Shown here piece by piece: positions 1-6,765 of a DNA stretch of 11,522 bases; positions within the stretch are counted from its first letter, which is position 1, and the number at the start of each line of letters is the position of its first letter. The stretch is taken from assembly GCA_031367385.1 (NCBI GenBank), contig JANLPS010000198.1:1-11522 (forward strand). The letters are read 5' to 3'. A program made the position numbers and the translations under genes. The notes under the pieces are model-generated. The model did no database searches and was not told the DNA's origin. It saw only the letters and a list, made by a program, of their open reading frames with translations. This DNA comes from Archangium sp. (lineage in GTDB: Bacteria; Myxococcota; Myxococcia; Myxococcales; Myxococcaceae).

Positions 1-171
1 TTGACGCTGAAGACGCCGCGCCGGCTCGAGGTGCACCTCGTGTCGAAGGGCCAACCCATCGAGGGCGTCGTTCGACTCGGTGGCCCCCTTCGACCGAAGC
101 GGTGGCCGCCAGCGAGCCCAAGATTCAAGTCGCGGTGCTGCTCGACACCTCAGGCAGCATGGACGGGTTGA
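1..171 (+). other. Coding-like fragment in frame +1 entering from the window edge (LTLKTPRRLEVHLVSKGQPIEGVVRLGG...), losing coding character near nt 85-100
   Basis: Codons 1-87 in frame +1 end mostly in G/C (ctg aag acg ccg cgc cgg ctc gag gtg cac ctc gtg tcg aag ggc) and read as a beta-strand-rich domain. The frame then overlaps the vWA ORF out of frame and stops at TGA 169-171. Confidence 0.4.
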
Positions 172-1151
172 TCAACCAGACCCGCGAGCAGCTGTGGCGC
201 ATCGTGAACACCTTCGCGACCGCCAAGCGTGACGGCAAGCGCCCGCGTCTGGAGCTGGCGCTGTACGACTACGGCAACGACAGCAACCCGGCGAACAACG
301 ATTACGTGCGGCAAATCGTGCCGCTGACCACTGATCTCGACAAGGTGTCGGAGGCGCTGTTCGCGCTCAAGACCAACGGTGGCAGCGAGTACTGCGGAGC
401 GGTCATCTCCCACGCGACCAAGGAGCTCAAGTGGAGCTCGAACCCGCACGACTTGAAGCTCATCTACATCGCGGGCAACGAGCCGTTCACCCAAGGCTCG
501 ACGCGGTACCAAGACAGCGTGAAGGCGGCCATCGAGCACGGCATCGTGGTGAACACGATTCACGCGGGCACCGAGTCAGAAGGCGTCTCCGGCCAGTGGC
601 TCGCGGCGGCCAAGATGGCCGATGGCAACTACCTCTTCATTGATCAGAACCGGGCCGTCGCCCGCGTCGACGCGCCGCAAGACGCCGAGCTCGCCAAGCT
701 CTCGACCCAGCTCAACGCCACCTACATCGCGTACGGCGCGACCGGCGGCGCGGCGATGAACCGGCAGGCGGCGCAAGACAAGAACGCGATGGCGGCGAGC
801 CCCTCGAGCGCGGCGACCCGGGCGACGGCCAAGGGTTCAGCTGCCTATGACAACTCCGGGTGGGACCTGGTCGACGCGAAGAAGGGCGGCGCCAAGGTGG
901 GCAAGATGGCCGAGGCCGAGCTGCCGGCAGAGATGAAGGCGATGAGCGAGGGCGACCGCGAGAAGTTCGTCGAAGAGAAGAGCAAGGCCCGGTCGGAGAT
1001 TCAGGCGCAGATCGCCAAGGTGTCTGCCGAGCGCGAGAAGTTCGTGAAGGCCGAGCTCGCGAAAACCGCCGCCGCCGGCCCCAAGACGATGGACGATGCA
1101 CTGCTCGAGTCGGCGCGCACCCAGGCGACCAAAAAGGCGTTCTCGTTCTAA
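102..1151 (+). CDS. von Willebrand factor A (vWA) domain protein with helical/coiled-coil C-terminus; true start uncertain
   Basis: MIDAS motif in 'VAVLLDTSGSMDGLI', plus 'LTTDLD', 'TNGGSEYCG', 'IYIAGNEPF', 'IVVNTIHAG'. Strong GC3 codon bias. No clear SD before GTG 102. Confidence 0.88.
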   Translation: MAASEPKIQVAVLLDTSGSMDGLINQTREQLWRIVNTFATAKRDGKRPRLELALYDYGNDSNPANNDYVRQIVPLTTDLDKVSEALFALKTNGGSEYCGAVISHATKELKWSSNPHDLKLIYIAGNEPFTQGSTRYQDSVKAAIEHGIVVNTIHAGTESEGVSGQWLAAAKMADGNYLFIDQNRAVARVDAPQDAELAKLSTQLNATYIAYGATGGAAMNRQAAQDKNAMAASPSSAATRATAKGSAAYDNSGWDLVDAKKGGAKVGKMAEAELPAEMKAMSEGDREKFVEEKSKARSEIQAQIAKVSAEREKFVKAELAKTAAAGPKTMDDALLESARTQATKKAFSF

Positions 1152-1175
1152 GCCGACACGGTCAATGAAGCCGAT

Positions 1176-1209
1176 GCCTCCCCCGTCACGGTGACCGGGG
1201 AGGCTTTTT
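1176..1209 (+). terminator. Intrinsic (rho-independent) terminator after the vWA gene
   Basis: GCCTCCCC (1176-1183) pairs with GGGGAGGC (1197-1204), enclosing an inner GTCAC/GTGAC inverted repeat, followed by TTTTT (1205-1209). Lies between two convergent stop codons. Confidence 0.85.
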
Positions 1210-1215
1210 CATGCG

Positions 1216-2169
1216 CTACTGAATGGTGGCCTGGCCACCGAGCAGCTGCGCGTACCCGGCCTCGAGGCTCACGTCGTAGTCGCCGACCCTGAACGAGTTC
1301 ACCGAGCCGTTGCCCCACAAGAGAAATGCGGTGCCGGGGTTCATGTGGCTCATCAAGCTCGCGTCGATGGTGCCGCTGTGCACGCCTTCTGCGAAGTCAC
1401 ATGAGATGACCGGGCCCTTGCCGCCATTGAAGAGGTCTCCAATGGCAATCGTGAAGCGCCCGTTCGCTCCGCTCGACCAGGCCAGGTTGACCGGCGCGGT
1501 GCGGCTGAAGGTGCCGCAATTGGTCGTGCCCGAGACGGCGTCGAAGGTGCAAACCGGAGAGGTGATGATGACGTCGTCTGGCGCTTTGATGGTCTTGCCG
1601 CTGAACGCCGGCACATCAGACCCCGCTGACGAGACCGTCAATACTTGGCCGGGCGCACTCCAGAGGCCCTCGGTGAAGAAGGTGGTCATGTTGCCAGCGG
1701 CGGTGGCGCCGCCAGTCACCGAAGAGCCGGTGATGGTGAGGGTGCCGATTGATTTCGCCACGCTGGTGCCGGCATCGGAGCGACGGTCGTCACAGTTGGC
1801 GACGTAACAGCTGCCCGAGGTCGCGAGCTTTGGGCAGCGGCCGTTCAGGTACGCGTTGAGTGAGTCTGAATATTCGAGCGCTTCGACCTGCACTGACGAG
1901 ACTTGATCGGGGCCATGCAAGCCACCCCCATCGAAGGGGATGCGGAGCAGACTGATTTGAGCCTGCTTCAGGCTCGGCCCCGCGTCTGCCGAGCCGCTCC
2001 CGCCACCCGTGCCGCCGCCGGTGCCGCCACCCGTCCCTCCGCCACTGCCGGAGTCGGTTCGGCCAGCGCCGCCACCAGTACCACCGTCAACGGCCGACGG
2101 GCCGTCATTGCAGGCCGAAATTGAACAGACGATGCACGCCGCTGCGACCGAGCTGAGAAAACGTTTCAT
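1216..2169 (-). CDS. Secreted lipoprotein of unknown function (myxobacterial type), with Gly/Thr linker and beta-rich Cys-containing domain
   Basis: N-terminus MKRFLSSVAAACIVCSISA-C (lipobox, Cys20), then a DGGTGGG...GGGTGGGTGGGTGGG...DAG linker; 317 aa. Confidence 0.8.
   Translation of the reverse strand: MKRFLSSVAAACIVCSISACNDGPSAVDGGTGGGAGRTDSGSGGGTGGGTGGGTGGGSGSADAGPSLKQAQISLLRIPFDGGGLHGPDQVSSVQVEALEYSDSLNAYLNGRCPKLATSGSCYVANCDDRRSDAGTSVAKSIGTLTITGSSVTGGATAAGNMTTFFTEGLWSAPGQVLTVSSAGSDVPAFSGKTIKAPDDVIITSPVCTFDAVSGTTNCGTFSRTAPVNLAWSSGANGRFTIAIGDLFNGGKGPVISCDFAEGVHSGTIDASLMSHMNPGTAFLLWGNGSVNSFRVGDYDVSLEAGYAQLLGGQATIQ
1993..2050 (-). repeat. Coding low-complexity repeat (GGGT)n in the lipoprotein linker
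   Basis: Degenerate 12-bp repeats encoding GSGGGTGGGTGGGTGGGSG. Confidence 0.7.
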
Positions 2170-2251
2170 GGGGCGACGCTAGACTGACAAGTGAAACGAT
2201 CAACAAAATCGGGTGCTTGGGGCATTTCGCCCACGCGACGGATACCATCAT

Positions 2252-2294
2252 TGACTATCATAATCGTGATTATAATTATGATTATCATAATCGT
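2252..2294. promoter_or_regulatory. Fur-box-like operator array (AT-rich nATWAT hexamers)
   Basis: 2274-2292 AATTATGATTATCATAATC matches the 19-bp Fur consensus (reverse-complement orientation GATAATGATTATCATTATC) at 16/19. Perfect 8-1-8 palindrome ATTATGAT-T-ATCATAAT at 2275-2291. Direct repeat TGA(C/T)TATCATAATCGT at 2252-2267 and 2279-2294. Confidence 0.6.
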
Positions 2295-2303
2295 CGTCGA
2301 CAA
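2275..2303 (-). promoter_or_regulatory. Putative sigma70-type promoter for the lipoprotein gene
   Basis: Minus strand reads TTGTCG (2303-2298), 17-nt spacer, CATAAT (2280-2275). A perfect TATAAT follows immediately (2274-2269). Confidence 0.5.
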
Positions 2304-2373
2304 GGGCACGTCGACGCAGCGCACCACGAGGCATCGCTTGACTTGCACCCGGCGCTGCGATTCGTAACCCCCC

Positions 2374-3015
2374 GTGAAGCTGTTCAACTACTGGCGTTCG
2401 AGCTCGAGCTACCGGGTGCGGCTGGCGTTGCACTTCAAGGCGCTGCCCTTCGAATACGTGACGGTGGGGTTGCTCAGTGGCGAGCAGCACGCCGCCCCGC
2501 ACCGCGCCCGAAACCCGCTCGGCACCGTGCCGCTGCTCGAGGTCGAGCACGACGGCAAGACCCTTCAAATTCCCCAGTCGGTGGCGATCGTCGAGTACCT
2601 CGAAGAGCGGCACCCCGAGAACCCGTTGTTCCCCCGCGACCTGGGTGCGCGCGCGGCGATGCGGGCCTTGGTCGAGCAGGTGAACTCGGGCATTCAACCG
2701 TTCGGCAACCTGACGACCCTGAAGTACGTCAAGAACGAGCTGAAGGCCGATGAGCGGCTGTTCGCGAAGACCTTCGTCGCGTCGGGTCTCCGTACGCTCG
2801 AGCAGCTGGCCGAGCGTTCAGCCGAGCGGTTCATGGTCGGCGATGCCTTCACCTGGGCCGATGCCTGCCTGCTGCCGCAGCTCTATGGCGCGCGGCGCTT
2901 CGACGTCGACCTGGGCCAGTACCCCTTGCTGCTGAAGCTCGAGGCCAACGCACTGGCGCTCCCGTTCGTGCAGCTCGCCATACCTGAGCGGCAAATCGAC
3001 GCTCAGCCTTCGTGA
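2374..3015 (+). CDS. maiA: Maleylacetoacetate isomerase (zeta-class glutathione S-transferase)
   Basis: GST-zeta N-terminal motif 'YWRSSSSYRVRLALHFK', 'NPLGTVPLL', 'QSVAIVEYLEE', 'SGIQP', 'ADACLLPQLYGARRF'. Adjacent to hppD. Confidence 0.93.
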   Translation: MKLFNYWRSSSSYRVRLALHFKALPFEYVTVGLLSGEQHAAPHRARNPLGTVPLLEVEHDGKTLQIPQSVAIVEYLEERHPENPLFPRDLGARAAMRALVEQVNSGIQPFGNLTTLKYVKNELKADERLFAKTFVASGLRTLEQLAERSAERFMVGDAFTWADACLLPQLYGARRFDVDLGQYPLLLKLEANALALPFVQLAIPERQIDAQPS

Positions 3016-3026
3016 AGGACGACGAC

Positions 3027-4193
3027 ATGGAATCTCTAGGCATCAAGAAGGTCGAGTCGGTTCATTGGTACGTGCGCGACATGGAGCGCACCCGCAATTT
3101 CTACACCAAGCTGATGGACTTCTCAGAGCTGGGCGTCTCGGGCGAAGAGATGAACGCGCGCGCCAAGCAACGCTCGGCGGTCTTCAAGGCGGGCGAGGTG
3201 CTGCTAATCTGCAGCGCTCCGGTCGGCGAAGGCGGCCGTGCCTGGCGCTGGTTGCAGAAGCACCCCGAGGGCGTGGGCACCATCAACTTCGTGGTCGAAG
3301 ACGTCGAGAAGACCTTTCGGCTGCTCGAAGCACGCGGCGGCACCATCATCGACGATGCGATTCAGCGCTTCACCGATGATTCTGGCGGCACGCTGGCCTT
3401 CTTCAGCATCACCACCCCCTTCGGCAACACCACCTTTCGCTTCATTCAGCGCAACGGGTACGCGCCCATTTTTCCCGGGTTCGTGGCGCACGCGAAGCCG
3501 ACCGGTGGCAACAACCGCTTCAACTTCTTGCGGGTCGACCACATCACCTCGAACTTTCGCACCCTCGCCCCAATGGTGCTGTGGATGAAGCACGTGATGG
3601 GCTTCGAGGAGTTCTGGAACATCGCGTTTCACACCCAAGAAGACATCGCCCACGGCGATCAGCACGGCACCGGCCTCAAGTCGACCGTGATGTGGGACCC
3701 GAAGTCGCAAGTGAAGTTCGCGAACAACGAGCCCTCGCGCCCGCGCTTCAAGAGCTCGCAGATCAACGTCTACGTCGAAGATCAGCGCGGCGAGGGCGTG
3801 CAGCACCTGGCGCTCGAGGTTGGCGACATCGTCACCACGGTGAAGACCATGCGAGCTACCAAGGGCCTCGACTTCTTGAACACGCCCGCGAGCTACTACG
3901 ACTATCTGCCCGAGCGGCTCGACAAGGGCGGCATCAAGCGCATCGACGAGAAGCTCGAAGACCTGCGCGAGCTGCAGATTCTAATCGATGGCAACAAAGA
4001 GCACCGCTACATGCTGCAGATCTTCATGAAAGAGGTCTCGCAGCTCTTCGCCGATTCGGGCGCGGGCCCGTTCTTCTACGAGATCATTCAGCGCAAGGGT
4101 GACCGCGGCTTTGGTGGCGGTAACTTCAAGGCGCTGTTCGAGAGCATCGAGCGCGCCCAAACCGCTGAGAAGGCGCGCATCGCGGGTCGGTGA
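3027..4193 (+). CDS. hppD: 4-hydroxyphenylpyruvate dioxygenase
   Basis: Fe-ligand motifs 'VDHITSN', 'GVQHLAL', 'FFYEIIQRKGDRGFGGGNFKALFESIER'. ATG 3027 has AAGGA (3015-3019) 7 nt upstream; the alternative start is GTG 3012, overlapping the maiA stop. Confidence 0.95.
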   Translation: MESLGIKKVESVHWYVRDMERTRNFYTKLMDFSELGVSGEEMNARAKQRSAVFKAGEVLLICSAPVGEGGRAWRWLQKHPEGVGTINFVVEDVEKTFRLLEARGGTIIDDAIQRFTDDSGGTLAFFSITTPFGNTTFRFIQRNGYAPIFPGFVAHAKPTGGNNRFNFLRVDHITSNFRTLAPMVLWMKHVMGFEEFWNIAFHTQEDIAHGDQHGTGLKSTVMWDPKSQVKFANNEPSRPRFKSSQINVYVEDQRGEGVQHLALEVGDIVTTVKTMRATKGLDFLNTPASYYDYLPERLDKGGIKRIDEKLEDLRELQILIDGNKEHRYMLQIFMKEVSQLFADSGAGPFFYEIIQRKGDRGFGGGNFKALFESIERAQTAEKARIAGR

Positions 4194-4194
4194 T

Positions 4195-4374
4195 TCAGCG
4201 CAGGCGGCGATCGGGCGCATACCCGTTCGCGCGCAGCCAACCCTCGGCGGCGACCGGTGCCCGATCGGTCGGGCGCCACGATGATTCGATGGCCAGCTCT
4301 CCAAAGCTGTTCGCGGTGCCGGAGGTGCGGCGCTCCATCAAGACCTGGGTGAGCAACGTGGGGCGGGTGTTCAT
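4195..4374 (-). CDS. Small hypothetical protein, 59 aa (MNTRPTLLTQVLMERRTSG...GWLRANGYAPDRRLR)
   Basis: ATG start; about 50 of 59 codons end in G/C by hand count; its stop (4195-4197) lies 1 nt from the hppD stop, tail to tail; fills an otherwise empty gap. Confidence 0.6.
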   Translation of the reverse strand: MNTRPTLLTQVLMERRTSGTANSFGELAIESSWRPTDRAPVAAEGWLRANGYAPDRRLR

Positions 4375-4512
4375 AGGGCGGCTTTCGAAGGGGTGAGTGA
4401 CAGGTCGCAACCGGCCTGTTACGGCCTGATCAAGCGTCGGCTGCGAGCAGAGTCAAAAAACCAGCCGTTTCATCTTCAGGTTTTCTTTGGTTCTCGAAAG
4501 AAGAGTGACTCC

Positions 4513-5676
4513 ATGATTGAGCGCGTGATCAACGGAGTGGTGCCCCGAAAGCACCACATTCAGCTGCGCGACGACGCGGGCAATTTGCGGTGGGAGCAGT
4601 GCATCACCCAAGAAGGGTTCGAAGCGCCGTACACCATCACCTACCACGTGAACGCCCCGCACCATCAGCTGCCGGCGAGCGGCACGCACGGGTTCGGCGC
4701 GCGGCAGTTGGTGAGCGACCGCCCGCTGGCGAAGCGGCACTACCTGACGCAAAACCTGCCCGCGGCGAAGGGCTCGGTGCTCGACAACCGGGTGCCGTTG
4801 CTGGGCAGCGCCGACGTGACGTTGGGAGTCGCCAAACCAACCGACCCCGACCCGGCGTACTTCACCAACGCCGACGGCGACGACCTGTTCTACGTGCAAG
4901 AGGGCGGCGGCATGGTGCGCACGTTGCTCGGCGACCTCATCTTCGAGACGGGTGACTACGTCTACGTGCCGCGCGGCATTCTTCACCGCTTCATACCCAC
5001 CGCTGGCCTCGCGCAACACTGGCTGTGGGTCGAGTGCCGCGGCGCGGGCATGCACATACCCACCCAGTGGCGAAACGGCGTCGGGCAATTGCGAATGGAC
5101 GCTCCGTATTGCCACCGCGATTTTCGCAAGCCGACCTTCACTGGCCCGGTCGACGAGGGCATTCGCGAATTGGTAATCAAGCGGGGCGACGTGTTTCACA
5201 CCTTCAGCACCAAAGAGTCGCCGCTCGACGTGGTCGGGTGGGACGGCACGGTCTACCCCTTCGTTTTCCCGATTTTGAATTTTCAGGCGCGGGTGGGCAT
5301 GACGCACTTGCCTCCGACCTGGCACGGTACGTTCGCAGCGAGGGGCGCGTTGATCTGCAGCTTCGTGCCGCGACCGACCGACTATCACCCCGAGGCGATA
5401 CCCTGCCCTTACCCGCATTCGTCGGTCGACGTCGACGAGCTGATCTTCTACAGCCGCGGCCAGTTCACCAGCCGCAAGGGCGTCGGGCCCGGCAGCGTGA
5501 GCCACCACCCCGCCGGGTTGCCGCACGGGCCCCACCCGGGCTCGTACGAGCGCAGCATTGGCACCAAAGAGACGAATGAATTGGCCGTGATGCTCGACTG
5601 CCTGTTGCCGTTGTTGCCGACCACGCAGGCGCTCGAGCTCGAAGACCCGAACTACCACCGCAGCTTCATACCCTGA
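4513..5676 (+). CDS. hmgA: Homogentisate 1,2-dioxygenase
   Basis: 'GVVPRKHHIQLR', 'NADGDDLFYV', 'SPLDVVGWDG', 'HLPPTWHGTF', 'ICSFVPR', 'PYPHSSVDVDELIFY', 'HPAGLPHGPHPG'. ATG 4513 is preferred over GTG 4393 because the extra 40 codons are AT-rich and look non-coding. Confidence 0.93.
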   Translation: MIERVINGVVPRKHHIQLRDDAGNLRWEQCITQEGFEAPYTITYHVNAPHHQLPASGTHGFGARQLVSDRPLAKRHYLTQNLPAAKGSVLDNRVPLLGSADVTLGVAKPTDPDPAYFTNADGDDLFYVQEGGGMVRTLLGDLIFETGDYVYVPRGILHRFIPTAGLAQHWLWVECRGAGMHIPTQWRNGVGQLRMDAPYCHRDFRKPTFTGPVDEGIRELVIKRGDVFHTFSTKESPLDVVGWDGTVYPFVFPILNFQARVGMTHLPPTWHGTFAARGALICSFVPRPTDYHPEAIPCPYPHSSVDVDELIFYSRGQFTSRKGVGPGSVSHHPAGLPHGPHPGSYERSIGTKETNELAVMLDCLLPLLPTTQALELEDPNYHRSFIP

Positions 5677-5776
5677 AGGCGCGGGCCGTTCAGCTGTTGG
5701 TGGAGTCGCACCCGACGCCACGCCGAATGATCAGGCCGCGTGTTCGCCGCATCGGCACCGTGGTACGCCGCTCGCC

Positions 5777-6754
5777 ATGCCCGTCGAGCTTCACAAGGGA
5801 GGTCTTCGGCTGAGCGGTACGCCCTTGTGGTTCGATGCCCGCCGCAAGGCCGATTACAGCTTCGTCTCGCACGCCCACAGCGACCACATCGCCCGGCACG
5901 CGCGGGTGGTCGCGACCCGCGAAACCATTCGCCTGATGGAGCACCGCCTCGGGCCGCTCGAATCGACCCAGCCCCTCGAGTACCGGGCTCCCACCGTGGT
6001 CGGCGAGCTGCACCTCGAGCTGTTTCCCGCGGGGCATGTGTTGGGGTCGGCGCAAGTGAGGGTGACTCGGCCCGATGGGCACCGCGTGGTCTACACCGGA
6101 GACTTCAGCCTCGAGCCGGCGCTGACCGCGATCGCCACCCAGACCGCGCCCTGCGACACGCTGGTGATGGAGTCGACCTTCGGCCACCCCAAGTTTCGTT
6201 TTCCTCCGAAGAGCGAGGTCTACGACGAGGTCGCCGACTGGGCCCGAGCGCACCTCGCCCAGGGTATTCGGCCAATCGTCTTCGCGTACTCGCTGGGCAA
6301 ATCACAAGAGACGATCAAACAGCTCACCCAGCGCGGGCTCACGCTGTGCGCTCACCCGTCGATTCACGACATCGCGGTGCTGTACTCCGAGCTCGGCATG
6401 CCCATCGACGCGCGCCGCTACGACGACACCTTCGCCGACGGTGAGGTCGGCATTTTTCCTCCCTTTGGCCGCAGCCAGAGCATGAAGAAGATGCAAGGCA
6501 AAGCCACCGCCGTGCTGACCGGCTGGGCGCTCGAGCCCTGGGCCGCCAGGCGCTACGGAGCGGACCGAGCCTTTCCCGTCTCCGACCACGCCGACTTCCC
6601 CTCCTTGGTGGCCTACGCCAAGGCCTGCAATGCCCGCGAGGTCATCACCATGCATGGCTTCCCCACTGAGCTCGCCGCCGCGCTGCGCAAAGAGGGTCTT
6701 TTTGCACGCGCGATTACGCACGCTCTTCAGATGGAGCTGCCCGGGCTGCGCTAA
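5777..6754 (+). CDS. Metallo-beta-lactamase fold / beta-CASP family nuclease (related to ligase-associated DNA damage response exonucleases)
   Basis: Motifs 'SHAHSDH', 'PAGHVLGSA', 'VYTGDF', 'LVMESTFG', 'AYSLGKSQE', 'SDHADF', 'TMHG'. Confidence 0.85.
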   Translation: MPVELHKGGLRLSGTPLWFDARRKADYSFVSHAHSDHIARHARVVATRETIRLMEHRLGPLESTQPLEYRAPTVVGELHLELFPAGHVLGSAQVRVTRPDGHRVVYTGDFSLEPALTAIATQTAPCDTLVMESTFGHPKFRFPPKSEVYDEVADWARAHLAQGIRPIVFAYSLGKSQETIKQLTQRGLTLCAHPSIHDIAVLYSELGMPIDARRYDDTFADGEVGIFPPFGRSQSMKKMQGKATAVLTGWALEPWAARRYGADRAFPVSDHADFPSLVAYAKACNAREVITMHGFPTELAAALRKEGLFARAITHALQMELPGLR

Positions 6755-6765
6755 GAGAGGCACCC

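Noticed and set aside
2251..2276. + strand TTGACT...TATAAT as the maiA promoter
   Set aside because: The spacer is only 14 nt, too short for sigma70; the minus-strand pair with a 17-nt spacer fits better.
2217..2753. ORFs crossing the AT island (DYHNRDYNYDYHN, and IMIIIIIIT in 2166..2387)
   Set aside because: The odd compositions simply translate the AT-rich operator-like repeats; the ORFs overlap maiA out of frame and lack coding bias.
3027..4193. Hydroxymandelate synthase instead of HppD
   Set aside because: Context with maiA and hmgA, and the absence of NRPS/hydroxyphenylglycine genes, support catabolic HppD.
4393..4512. 40-codon N-terminal extension of hmgA
   Set aside because: AT-rich with poor GC3; HmgA-like sequence begins at ATG 4513.
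4453..5721. 422-aa antisense ORF over hmgA (likewise 150..563, 3204..3806, 5690..6253, 9475..10113)
   Set aside because: Shadow ORFs expected opposite GC3-biased genes; no recognisable motifs.
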